Positions 20,314 through 30,510 of a stretch of DNA of 64,000 nucleotides are shown here, in pieces; position 1 is the stretch's first letter; the number at the start of each line of letters is the position of its first letter. The DNA is taken from positions 9,772 through 73,771 of the forward strand of contig JABDMD010000005.1 in NCBI GenBank assembly GCA_013001685.1, written 5' to 3'. The notes beneath the pieces are model-generated. The model was not told the DNA's origin and did no database searches. It saw nothing but the letters and a program-made list of their open reading frames with translations. A program made the position numbers and the translations under genes. This DNA is from Gammaproteobacteria bacterium. GTDB lineage: Bacteria > Pseudomonadota > Gammaproteobacteria > UBA4575.

Positions 20314-20730
20314 ATGGAACTATTAGCGGACATAAAAGTTAAGCTCGAACCTGGCGTTGAAATCACTGCCGAAAATAAATGTGGATTTTGCACAAATTCA
20401 TATTGCTGCTCATATGTAACAGAAGAACTTGAATCTCCAAAAACAAAGGTCGACTTTGAGCATATGCTTTGGCAGGTCTCGCATAAGAATGTATCTGTTT
20501 ATAAAGATGATGAAGGTTGGTGGGTTTCATTTGCTGCGAAATGCGAACACTTACAGCCTGATGGCGGTTGCGGAATTTATGATACACGACCGCAAATTTG
20601 TCGCGATCACACCAATGATTATTGTGAGTTTGACTCACCTGCGGAGGATGACTTTGACTTGTACTTTCCTGACTACGAATCCTTATTGAAGTATTGCAAA
20701 AAACGCTTTAAGCGTTGGAAAAGAGGTTGA
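20314..20730 (+). CDS. YkgJ family cysteine-cluster protein
   Basis: CGFCTNSYCCSY ... C..C cysteine cluster characteristic of YkgJ/UPF0153. Confidence 0.65.
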   Translation: MELLADIKVKLEPGVEITAENKCGFCTNSYCCSYVTEELESPKTKVDFEHMLWQVSHKNVSVYKDDEGWWVSFAAKCEHLQPDGGCGIYDTRPQICRDHTNDYCEFDSPAEDDFDLYFPDYESLLKYCKKRFKRWKRG

Positions 20731-20745
20731 GCCAAACGAACCTGA

Positions 20746-21408
20746 CTACTCAGGCATAATCTCATCAAAGTCTGCTAATGCTGGGTAGTGCAAAGTATCT
20801 TGTAAAGGCTTTGAACTATCCGGCTTTTTAATAGAAAGCAGATGTTGAATCCCATAAGCTTCTGCCGCTGCTAATACTGATAAGTTATCATCAATAAATA
20901 AGGTGGTAGCAGGATCAAAAGGCTCTGCCTGCATAAATTTGCGCCAAAACTCCAGTTCTTCCTTAGCATGACCGTAATCATGTGATGAAATAATCTTGTC
21001 GAAATAACCCTCTAGCTCTAAATGATCCATTTTGACAGCAATGCTTTTACGATGCGCATTGGTTACTAAAGCGACATGTTTTTCATGCAATTTGAGTTTT
21101 TTTAGGAACTTTTCAACATTAGGGAAGATCTGAATATGTTTAGAAACTTCACGTTTTAGTGCTGCAATATCAAGCCCAAGTTCATTTTCCCAAAAATCCA
21201 CACAATACCAATCAAGCGTTCCAGCTTTATTCTTGTAGCGTTTTAATAATTGTTGTTTGGCATCATGCACATCGATTGTATGTTTCTCGCTAAAGCGTAG
21301 AGGTACATGCTCATGCCAAAAATAATTATCAAAATATAAATCTAATAAAGTGCCATCCATATCAAGAAAGACAGCAGTGATTGATTTCCAGTCCATTGGT
21401 GTTTGCAT
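20746..21408 (-). CDS. HAD-IA family hydrolase (YrfG-like nucleotidase)
   Basis: HAD motif I FLDMDGTLLD plus motifs II and III. Confidence 0.75.
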   Translation of the reverse strand: MQTPMDWKSITAVFLDMDGTLLDLYFDNYFWHEHVPLRFSEKHTIDVHDAKQQLLKRYKNKAGTLDWYCVDFWENELGLDIAALKREVSKHIQIFPNVEKFLKKLKLHEKHVALVTNAHRKSIAVKMDHLELEGYFDKIISSHDYGHAKEELEFWRKFMQAEPFDPATTLFIDDNLSVLAAAEAYGIQHLLSIKKPDSSKPLQDTLHYPALADFDEIMPE

Positions 21409-21440
21409 TAACGAATAGATCCTAGATAATTAGCTCAATT

Positions 21441-22268
21441 ATGGAAATTAATGATATATGGCTGAAGGAACTGGTCAATCCTGTTTGTGAAATTGCAAAA
21501 AAGGCTGGCGCGGAGATTATGAAGATCTATGCAGAAGGCTTTGAAATTGAGCAAAAGAAAGACCACTCCCCACTAACAACTGCTGATTTAGCCTCACACA
21601 CCCTTATAATTGAAAAGCTCGAAAAACTCACACCGGAGATTCCCATATTATCTGAGGAATCAGCATCTATTAGCTTTGCCGAAAGATCAAGCTGGAAAAA
21701 TTATTGGCTTATAGACCCCTTAGACGGCACTCGCGAATTCATTAAAAGAAATGGAGAGTTTACAGTCAATATCGCATTGATAACCGAACATAGTTCAAGC
21801 TTAGGCGTGGTTTATATTCCCGTTCAAGATATTTGTTACTTCGCATCTAGAAAACAAGGCGCTTATAAACAAGAACAAAACCAAATGACCAAGAAAATTC
21901 AAGTACGCTCATCCACTCCTACAAATAAACCAACAATCTGTGGTAGTCGCTCCCATGCAGGTAAGTCACTACAAGCTTTACAGGAAAAAATTGGAGAATT
22001 TGATCTAATCAGCATGGGCAGCTCAATTAAAATGTGTCTTGTAGCCGAAGGTGTCGCAGACATCTACCCACGTTTTGGACCTACATCTGAGTGGGATACT
22101 GCAGCTGCGCATTGCGTAGTTAATGAAGCTGGCGGAGTTATTGTTGATACCACTTTAAAGACGCTTCAATACAACACTAAAGATTCTTTATTAAATCCTT
22201 CATTTCTGGCCGTCGGAGATTTGAATAATCAGTGGCGTGAATTTCTAAGCAAGAATGTAGCCAGCTAA
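21441..22268 (+). CDS. cysQ: 3'(2'),5'-bisphosphate nucleotidase CysQ
   Basis: Inositol monophosphatase family motifs (WLIDPLDGTREF, WDTAAAH). Confidence 0.85.
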   Translation: MEINDIWLKELVNPVCEIAKKAGAEIMKIYAEGFEIEQKKDHSPLTTADLASHTLIIEKLEKLTPEIPILSEESASISFAERSSWKNYWLIDPLDGTREFIKRNGEFTVNIALITEHSSSLGVVYIPVQDICYFASRKQGAYKQEQNQMTKKIQVRSSTPTNKPTICGSRSHAGKSLQALQEKIGEFDLISMGSSIKMCLVAEGVADIYPRFGPTSEWDTAAAHCVVNEAGGVIVDTTLKTLQYNTKDSLLNPSFLAVGDLNNQWREFLSKNVAS

Positions 22269-22684
22269 AACGCTGGCAAATTATCATCTAGAAACCACTT
22301 TTCTGCTTCTTCCAAATACCACCAATTTTGAGTGTCACGGATTTCTTTCACGATATTTGTCGTTTCAAAATAGTATGAAATATCTGCTTCTACCATAGCC
22401 GTTTTTAAGTCTTCACCCATTACCACTCTTTTAATTTCATAATCGGTAACGCGTAAATCCTCAAACCCATCCAGACTAATATCAACAGTAGACTCATCTT
22501 GATGGCGAATCATATTCACTGCACCTTCAAATTCTCTCCAGCGCAACAACCTTCCATACAACCTAGTGGTCTCCTCAAATGAACTTAACGTTTGATTCTT
22601 CTTTTTTGTAGCACAGCCACCTAACGAAACACTACTGACACCTAAGGCTGAAAACACAAGAATGAGAAGTAATTTAGTTTTCAT
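22265..22684 (-). CDS. Hypothetical lipoprotein
   Basis: Signal peptide with a lipobox (LGGCA). Confidence 0.45.
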   Translation of the reverse strand: MKTKLLLILVFSALGVSSVSLGGCATKKKNQTLSSFEETTRLYGRLLRWREFEGAVNMIRHQDESTVDISLDGFEDLRVTDYEIKRVVMGEDLKTAMVEADISYYFETTNIVKEIRDTQNWWYLEEAEKWFLDDNLPAF

Positions 22685-22840
22685 AAATTTTTAACGCCAT
22701 ATAAATTTCTAAAAGAAGCTATGATTTATTCTTAGACAAGGCAAAAAATGTTGGAAATAGCGATGTGTATGATCCTATACATGAGCGATTTTAAGATCAT
22801 TTTTTAAAGAAGTATAAGGATAAACCATAGTTTCGTCGCA

Positions 22841-23857
22841 CTACCAGCCTTGTAAGACAATTTTACCAATAGCATGCCTACCTTCAATTTCAGCATGTGC
22901 AGCTTTTAAGTTTTTCGCATTGATAGGTTCTAGTACTTTATTTGATGTGGTTTTGATCTTCCCTGCATCAACTAATCCTGCTACACGATTTAATATATGA
23001 TGTTGCTCAATCATATCATCAGTTTCATACATCGAACGTGTAAACATAAATTCCCAAGAAAAAGTCGCGCTCTTACTCTTGAGCGCACCAAGATCTACAT
23101 CAGCTGCCGTCTCTACTATTGAACAAATTTTTCCCTGCGGTGCGACGACCGTTGCCATCGATTGCCAATGCTCATCAGTATCATTAAAACACAAAATATA
23201 TTCATATCCATTGATGCCAAGTTTATTAACTTGGTCAGGAATATCTAAATAATGATTAATAATATGATCGACTCCTAAATCTTTAACCCAGGTTTTAGAT
23301 TCAGGGCGCGAAGCAGTCACAGTGACAGTAAGTTTCGCAAGTTGCTTTGCAAATTGCGTAGCTATTGAACCTACACCCCCTGCTCCACCAATAATTAATA
23401 AATTTTTACCCGTATCAGCGCCTTCACTATCGACTCCTAACCGATCAAACATCGCTTCCCACGCCGTAATACTTGTTAAAGGCATTGCAGCAGCGTGAGC
23501 AAAATCCAAACTCTTTGGTTTACTACCTACAATACGCTCATCAACTATGTGGAATTCACTATTACAACCTGGCTGAGTAAAACTTCCAGCGTAGAACACT
23601 TCATCTCCGACCTTAAAAAGGCTCACATCTGACCCTACCGCTTCAACCACACCAGCTACATCCCAACCAAGAATTCGTGGGCTGTCCTCTACTTTATCTT
23701 GTGGAGAGCGCATCTTGGTATCGACCGGATTTACTGCTACTGCTTGCACTTGAACGAGAAGTTCTTGTCCTTGAGGACTCGGCTTGTCGATTTCGACATC
23801 CACTAATGAATCAGGTAAATCGATAGGAAGATACTTATATAAGCCAACTGCTTTCAA
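22841..23857 (-). CDS. Zinc-type alcohol dehydrogenase-like / quinone oxidoreductase (MDR superfamily)
   Basis: 338 aa with a GroES-like N-terminal domain and a GGAGGVGS Rossmann motif. Confidence 0.8.
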   Translation of the reverse strand: MKAVGLYKYLPIDLPDSLVDVEIDKPSPQGQELLVQVQAVAVNPVDTKMRSPQDKVEDSPRILGWDVAGVVEAVGSDVSLFKVGDEVFYAGSFTQPGCNSEFHIVDERIVGSKPKSLDFAHAAAMPLTSITAWEAMFDRLGVDSEGADTGKNLLIIGGAGGVGSIATQFAKQLAKLTVTVTASRPESKTWVKDLGVDHIINHYLDIPDQVNKLGINGYEYILCFNDTDEHWQSMATVVAPQGKICSIVETAADVDLGALKSKSATFSWEFMFTRSMYETDDMIEQHHILNRVAGLVDAGKIKTTSNKVLEPINAKNLKAAHAEIEGRHAIGKIVLQGW

Positions 23858-24155
23858 GATAGAACTCCAGGATAGTTAACAACATTTTTAGATTTTCGCG
23901 CAATAAACGTACAAAATTAATATGCACCTATATATTACTCCATAGTACAAATGCTTATCGCCTAGATCTAGATCACCTTTAGGCTATGACAGTTATATTT
24001 AAATAAATTAACCAAAAACACATGATTAAACGTGACTTACTTATATTTCTTCCAGTAATAAATGAAAGACATTCAGTAAATTGTCTAAGTTATAGCCAAT
24101 ATTTTTAAAGCTCAACAACTCTAAAAATAAATTGCCCGATTTTGGGCAGACAAAC

Positions 24156-24645
24156 TTAAAGCGATAAAATAGTAATGCACAAATTACTAACTTTAGGCGG
24201 GAAAGGGCGGCCATTAACTAAATCTTCAGCCATTGATCCAAGTTCTATAATCAAGATATTTTCATTGTCATTAAATTTTCTGGGTCGTATATCAACCAAG
24301 CATAGTATGCCGATATTCATTCCTGAATTAGATTGCAGCACGAAGCTTATATTAGAGCTCACCCAAGGCGTGGTTAATCGTAGTCTCGCAAATTGCATGC
24401 GCGCAAATAGGAATATCTCGAGAGAATTCTGTAGGCTCAATTTCCCAAGCGGACTTAAACCGCTGGCGATCAGAATCGATAAAGGTATTTAGACAGATGG
24501 GTACTGCAAGCTTTTCAGCTGCAAATCGAGTAATGCAATCAAACCGAATAACTGGTGACGTATCTAGAATATTGAGTGCGTGCAATATCGCCAATCGACT
24601 AAATTCATTTTGTGGAATTGAGGGAAATAACATTCTTTGCTCCAA
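24156..24645 (-). pseudogene. Frameshifted stand-alone GAF-domain protein
   Basis: The N-terminal half of a GAF domain (...LAILHALNILDTSP..FDCITRFAAEKLAVPICLNTFIDSDRQRFKS...ICAHAI) is in the 24352-24645 frame. The C-terminal half (GMNIGILCLVDIRPRKF...) is in the 24156-24440 frame. Confidence 0.45.
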
Positions 24646-24777
24646 CCAAGTAGTTGCAATGCAGAATAATTCAAAACCATAACTAAATATATCTACTCTA
24701 TTTATACTACTTTGTGAAGAACTCCTATCAATTTAGTTGTAAAAACCAAGATCTCACACACATCTTCCTGAACCTCG

Positions 24778-25821
24778 TTAATCAAATTTATCTAATTCAA
24801 TCTCAGCCACCGGAATACCGTGATCAGACATGATTCGATCCGACTCTCTGGCTGTAAGTGACCAATCGAATAAGTGATCATTAAATATGTGTTGGTAAGT
24901 AACTTTTCCAATACGTTTAGAATTTCTATGATAGAACTCTTGCGACACTAATATATGGTCTAGCACATCACGCCGTCCGTGGTGAATATGCGTATAGCCA
25001 AAATCTTTTAAATCTTGCCGTGTCTGTATGGTATTCGTGCTATACAACAGCACATCCCAATACATACGCTTAATTTTAAGTGGCCATCGAAAATCTGGTG
25101 AATCGCCTGCAATAATTTGTGTGCTGGTACTCTCAACCGTATCGTTTAAATCGCCCAACACAATTAATGGTTGCTTATTCTTTTCTATATCTTTAACTAG
25201 CCTTGTACGAAGTGCAGTGGCTTCTATACTACGTACTACCTGCGCTCGCAAGGATCCTAATGAGCGATGAATTGGATTTTCTCGGTCTTCGCCTTCTTTA
25301 TAGATGGGTCGTTTAGATTTTAAGTGCGCGACATAAACAACGACGGTTATATCTGTTTCGGGTATTAAAATTTCAGCGCGTAGTGGTGGACGTTCAAATT
25401 GTTTGATTGGCACATCGATGAGCTGCTCAATACCTTCCGGTGACTTACTCGGTATTTGAAAATCTGCGGTAGTTGGAAATTCTTTTATCGACTCATGACG
25501 TAATATTTCAAAGCGTGTTGCTAAACCAACTTTTGGTCGCAAGGCTTTACCATCTTCTTCATTACTTTCAGTGTCTGCGCCCGGGGATAATACTTGGGCA
25601 TGGTCGTGAAAGTTTTGAGAATATTCGACGGCTGCTTGTAAGCTGGAACTACTAAACACTTCCTGAAATCCCACAATATCTGCTCGGCTTCGATCTAGTG
25701 TTTGTGCAATCCATTTAAGTTTATGTTCATGCTCATCTTCTGCATGCACCGGAAGGTCGTAATAACGAACGCCTGGGCGCACAAGATTAAGCACGTTAAA
25801 CGATGCTACACGAAAATTCAT
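24778..25821 (-). CDS. Endonuclease/exonuclease/phosphatase (EEP) family protein
   Basis: 347 aa starting FRVASFNVLNL, with C-terminal SDH/D catalytic motifs of the EEP fold. Confidence 0.7.
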   Translation of the reverse strand: MNFRVASFNVLNLVRPGVRYYDLPVHAEDEHEHKLKWIAQTLDRSRADIVGFQEVFSSSSLQAAVEYSQNFHDHAQVLSPGADTESNEEDGKALRPKVGLATRFEILRHESIKEFPTTADFQIPSKSPEGIEQLIDVPIKQFERPPLRAEILIPETDITVVVYVAHLKSKRPIYKEGEDRENPIHRSLGSLRAQVVRSIEATALRTRLVKDIEKNKQPLIVLGDLNDTVESTSTQIIAGDSPDFRWPLKIKRMYWDVLLYSTNTIQTRQDLKDFGYTHIHHGRRDVLDHILVSQEFYHRNSKRIGKVTYQHIFNDHLFDWSLTARESDRIMSDHGIPVAEIELDKFD

Positions 25822-25822
25822 A

Positions 25823-28177
25823 TTATTGTTTTGAAAGATACATCCAAGTGCTTAGAACTGAATCTGGGTTCAAAGACAAACTATCAATTTTTTGTTCAAT
25901 CAACCACTTTGCAAAATCAGGGTAGTCTGACGGGCCTTGCCCACAAATTCCAACGTATTTATTTGCTTGTTTACAAGCCTGTATCGCCATTCTTATCAGG
26001 CTCTTTACTGCATCATTTCTTTCATCAAACTTTTCTGCAATCAATTCTGAATCGCGATCTAAGCCAAGCGTCATTTGCGTTAGGTCATTAGAGCCGATAG
26101 AAAAGCCATCAAAGTATTGCAAAAATTGTTCTGCCAATAAGGCATTTGAAGGAACTTCACACATCATAATGACTTTTAGATCATTCTCGCCACGAACCAA
26201 TCCGTTTTTTCCCAAAAGTTCGGTAACTTGCTTGGCTTCATCAATAGTGCGAACGAAAGGAATCATGATTTGGATATTGGTGCAGCCCATTTCATTGCGT
26301 ACGCCATGCACTGCCTTGCATTCCATCTCAAAACAGGCCTGAAACATCTCGGACAAATATCGCGATGCACCGCGATAACCAATCATAGGATTTTCTTCTT
26401 CAGGCTCGTATAAATTCCCTCCCAATAAATTTGCATATTCATTTGATTTAAAATCGGACAGTCGCAGTATGACTGGTTTCCCCTCGAACGCAGTTGCGAG
26501 CGTGGCGATTCCCTCGGTTAACTTGCTTATATAGAAATTTGTTGAATTATCATAAGCAGAAATTTTTTTAGTAATTGTACTTTTTATTTCATTAGGCAAA
26601 GTATCAAAATCCAACAAAGCACGCGGATGGATACCCACCATATTGTTGATCACAAATTCCAGTCGTGCCAACCCAACACCTGCATTTGGTATTTGTGCAA
26701 AAGAAAACGCACGCTCAGGATTACCCACATTCAACATGATCTTGCATGGAATTTCGGGCATTTTTTCTAGTTGAATTTTGTCTACTTCAAAATTAAGTAA
26801 TCCAGAATACACATTGCCGGTATCCCCTTCGGCGCATGAAACCGTAACTGGCTGTGCAGTGCTAATCTTGTTGGTTGCATCACTACATCCTACTACAGCT
26901 GGCACACCCAATTCTCGTGCAATGATTGCAGCATGACAGGTGCGTCCTCCTCGGTTTGTAACGATAGCCGCTGCTCTTTTCATTACCGGTTCCCAATCGG
27001 GATCGGTCATATCCGTTACCAAGACCTCGCCTTCTTGAAGCTGATCAATTTCCTTCAAAGATTGAATAACTCGCGCATTACCTGCACCAATACGACTACC
27101 TATACTTCGCCCCGTTGTGAGCACAGATGACTTTTCACGCAAGGAATATTTTTCAATTATTTTTTGTGTTTGGCTTTGTACCGTTTCTGGTCTAGCCTGC
27201 ACAATATATAGCTTTCCATCTATACCATCTTTCGCCCACTCAATATCCATAGGACGTTTATAGTGTTGTTCAATTTTTAGCGCCATTTACGCTAAGGCTT
27301 CGACCTCTTCATTGTTAATACAAAATTTTATTTGCTCTTCAGGATCAACATTCAAAGTGTCGACACCACTTTGTTTGTCTCTGAAAACCATTTTTTCTAA
27401 TTTGCTGCCAAGTGTGCGACTAATAATGGCCGCTTTACCTCGTTTAATTGACGATTTTGAAACATAGAACTCATCCGGGTTAACTTGCCCCTGGACAATC
27501 GTTTCGCCTAATCCGTTACTTGCTGTTATCAGCACAACTTCTCTGCATCCGGATTCAGTGTCTAGTGTGAACATCACGCCACTGGATGCAAGGTCGCTGC
27601 GCACCCTTTGCTGCACCCCTGCTGAGAGTGAAACATGCGCATGCTCAAAATCCTTATGCACGCGATAAGCAATGGCACGGTCATTGTATAAAGAAGCAAA
27701 CACTTTCCTAACCGCACTTAACACTTCATCAATTCCACAAACATTAAGATAACTTTCTTGTTGTCCGGCAAATGAAGCCTCGGGTAAATCTTCCGCTGTC
27801 GCTGAAGAGCGCACAGCAACCGCTGCATTGGGGCATGTTGTGCCTTCCAGGTTTTTATATGAGGCTCGAATATCTTGTTCCAATACTTTAGGTAATTTAG
27901 CATTGAGCATTAAATTTCGAATTTCATCTCCACACTTAGACAATGCACTGATATTATCTACATCAAGATTGCTTAGACGCTTGGCAATTTCATCTTTAAG
28001 ACGATTCTCCTGGAGAAACATTTGAAACGCATAGGAAGTAGTAGCGAATCCACCTGGAACCGATATACCAACCGAGCTAAGATTCTGAATCATCTCACCA
28101 AGAGATGCGTTTTTACCACCAACATCAGGTAGATTGTTTGAGCTAAGTTTTGCTAAATTTATAACGCAATCATTCAT
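25823..28177 (-). pseudogene. ppsA: Phosphoenolpyruvate synthase PpsA interrupted by one in-frame TAA (N-terminal 296 aa + stop + C-terminal 487 aa)
   Basis: Both ORFs align collinearly to PpsA (E. coli ...EEVQELAKQAVQIEKHYGRPMDIEW versus here ...[24 protein letters not shown]). The stop at 27287-27289 sits exactly at the conserved Lys codon. Confidence 0.65.
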
Positions 28178-28192
28178 ATTCTATTTTATATT

Positions 28193-29026
28193 TTGGATAG
28201 CAAAAAAATACAAAATGTTTTTTTCATCTCAGATAGTACTGGAATTACTATTGAGTCATTAGGACATTCATTATTTACACAATTTCCAGATATTACCTTT
28301 GAAAAGAAAGTTTTCCCATTTGTCACCAAAAAAGAAAATGCAGAAAAGGCAATTTCACACATAAAAAAAGTCGCTACAAACTCTCAAAACACACCTATAG
28401 TCTTCACCAGCCTAGCAGATGAAGATCTCAAGAATTTGTTTGCTGCTAATGATATTTCCATTTTCGATATTTTTTCATCTTTTATACCCGAAATGGAATC
28501 ACATTTAAAAACTCAAGCTTCACACGCAATAGGAGAAACACATGGTGTGGGCAACACTTCTGACTACCTTCAGCGCATTGACGCATTAAATTTTGCATTA
28601 AGCCATGATGATGGCATGAAGCTAGACACTATAGAACATGCTGACATCATTTTAACCGGCGTTTCTCGAAGTGGAAAAACACCGACCTGTTTATATCTAG
28701 CCATGCATTACAATCTAAAAACCGCAAATTACCCGCTAACGGACTCTGATTTTGAAAACTCTTATTTACCAGAGACTCTAAGAGCCTCTCAAGACCAAAT
28801 ATTCGGGCTCACCATTTCACCTACTCAATTATGCAAAATTAGGACTGAAAGAAAACCAAATAGTAAGTATGCATCATTTGAACAATGCGAGTTTGAAATT
28901 AAGAAAGCTGAATCAATATATAAAAATTCAAAGCTTCCTTTTATTGATACCTCATCAGTCTCTATTGAGGAAATTGCTACCACTATAATTCAACGCTTGA
29001 ATTTAAAACCTCAAGGCAAATGGTAA
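28193..29026 (+). CDS. ppsR: PEP synthase regulatory protein (PSRP/PpsR, DUF299 kinase/pyrophosphorylase)
   Basis: 277 aa, divergent from ppsA as in E. coli ydiA. P-loop GVSRSGKT. Confidence 0.85.
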   Translation: MDSKKIQNVFFISDSTGITIESLGHSLFTQFPDITFEKKVFPFVTKKENAEKAISHIKKVATNSQNTPIVFTSLADEDLKNLFAANDISIFDIFSSFIPEMESHLKTQASHAIGETHGVGNTSDYLQRIDALNFALSHDDGMKLDTIEHADIILTGVSRSGKTPTCLYLAMHYNLKTANYPLTDSDFENSYLPETLRASQDQIFGLTISPTQLCKIRTERKPNSKYASFEQCEFEIKKAESIYKNSKLPFIDTSSVSIEEIATTIIQRLNLKPQGKW

Positions 29027-29040
29027 AGTATTTGTATTTA

Positions 29041-29322
29041 TTAGTGCGCCAGCTCTATCTGGCCTTTGCGATGCAGATAAATTGCACAGGCCACGCGTAG
29101 GAATGAGGTGAAGTTATTAACGTCTTTATGAGTATCTAAAATTTCGTCGTATAGTACATTTATAAACTGTGGAACGGTTTGTTTTTCTTCTAAAGCCATT
29201 TGATACAAGATTTCCCAAAACTCATTCTCTAAACGAATACTGGTAACGCAACCTTGAATGCGAATAGATCGACAATCACTATCGTAACGATCTGTTGGCG
29301 TTCCTGTATAAATATTACACAT
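29041..29322 (-). CDS. Ribbon-helix-helix domain protein (RHH_4-like)
   Basis: RSIRIQGCVTSIRLENEFWEIL pattern typical of the RHH_4 family. Confidence 0.45.
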   Translation of the reverse strand: MCNIYTGTPTDRYDSDCRSIRIQGCVTSIRLENEFWEILYQMALEEKQTVPQFINVLYDEILDTHKDVNNFTSFLRVACAIYLHRKGQIELAH

Positions 29323-29470
29323 AAGACTTGAACCTTATAAATATAATGGTTTTTTTTATTGTTATAGGTTTATTTATAGTGCAACTATGATATATGCACA
29401 AGTAGTATTCCCTTACTACCTGAATTTTCATTAGGTTTTTATACTTAATTCATTAGCAAAAAGGATAAAC

Positions 29471-29866
29471 ATGGCGAAAGTTATTCATTCAATGATTCGT
29501 GTACTCGATGTTGCACGCTCCAAAGAATTCTATGAAAAGGCGTTTGGTTTAAAAGAAAAACGCTATCTCGATTTTGATGACTTTGCCTTAGTGTATTTAG
29601 GTAATGACGAAAACGATTTTGAAATTGAGCTTACTGTCAACAAAGATCAAAAAGATGCCTATACACACGGCAATGGTTATGGACACATTGCAGTTTGTGT
29701 TGATGATTTAGATGCAGAACACGCACGAATTAAATCACTAGGTTATGAGCCACAGGATGTTGTCTCATTTAGCCCTGGCGGTGAATTATTAGCAAAATTT
29801 TTCTTCATTAAAGATCCAGATGGATATGAGATCGAAGTATTACAAAGGCATGGAGCATATACGTAA
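29471..29866 (+). CDS. VOC family protein / glyoxalase I-like
   Basis: 131 aa with a vicinal-oxygen-chelate fold (HIAVCVDD, E...). Similar to lactoylglutathione lyase. Confidence 0.65.
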   Translation: MAKVIHSMIRVLDVARSKEFYEKAFGLKEKRYLDFDDFALVYLGNDENDFEIELTVNKDQKDAYTHGNGYGHIAVCVDDLDAEHARIKSLGYEPQDVVSFSPGGELLAKFFFIKDPDGYEIEVLQRHGAYT

Positions 29867-29928
29867 ATCATAAAAAAACGCCTCAACAATAATTAAAATA
29901 TAAGTGAGGCTTAACGGAGGAGATAATT

Positions 29929-30498
29929 ATGTTAGACCTTGATCTAACGCGTCGCGATTTTTTGAAAACCAGCGGCACAGTGCTAATGGGAACATTAGCC
30001 ATCACTACAGGCGTGCTCAGCGTTTTGGCCCCCAGCCAAACTTGGGCATTGGAATTAACCAAGCTTGATAAAGCGACAGGTCAAACACTGTTACAGGCCA
30101 CTCGACACATTTTCCCCCATGCAACATTAGATGATGCAGTGTATGCATTAGTGGTTAAAGACCTTGATGCAGCTGCAGCAAGCGATGATGGCGTTGCAAA
30201 ATTACTCACAAGAGGAGCCGCAGAATTAAATACCGGTGCTGGCGGTGATTGGCTAGCTGCGGATAGCGACAAACAATTTGCTGTGATTGAAAAAATGGCC
30301 GGCAATGATTTCTTTGAAAAAATCAAAGGCACAGCCGTAGTTTCTCTTTATAACAATGAAATGGCCTGGGCGCATTTTGGTTATGAAGGTGATGCCTGGA
30401 AAGAAGGCGGTTACCTCACTCGTGGCTTTAATGATTTAAATTGGCTACCCGATCCACCTGCTGATGCTAGCCCCGCTGCATTTTCAGCAAAATCATAA
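29929..30498 (+). CDS. Gluconate 2-dehydrogenase subunit 3 family protein (Tat signal)
   Basis: Twin-arginine motif TRRDFLK at the N-terminus. Lies immediately upstream of a GMC flavoprotein. Confidence 0.7.
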   Translation: MLDLDLTRRDFLKTSGTVLMGTLAITTGVLSVLAPSQTWALELTKLDKATGQTLLQATRHIFPHATLDDAVYALVVKDLDAAAASDDGVAKLLTRGAAELNTGAGGDWLAADSDKQFAVIEKMAGNDFFEKIKGTAVVSLYNNEMAWAHFGYEGDAWKEGGYLTRGFNDLNWLPDPPADASPAAFSAKS

Positions 30499-30510
30499 GG
30501 AGAAAACATT

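Noticed and set aside
24175-24682. Plus-strand ORFs 24175-24492 and 24497-24682
   Set aside because: They are antisense to the frameshifted GAF-domain gene, whose homology explains the region.
25028-26091. Small plus-strand ORFs inside the EEP and ppsA genes (25028-25270, 25473-25655, 25702-26091 and others)
   Set aside because: They are antisense to strongly supported genes.
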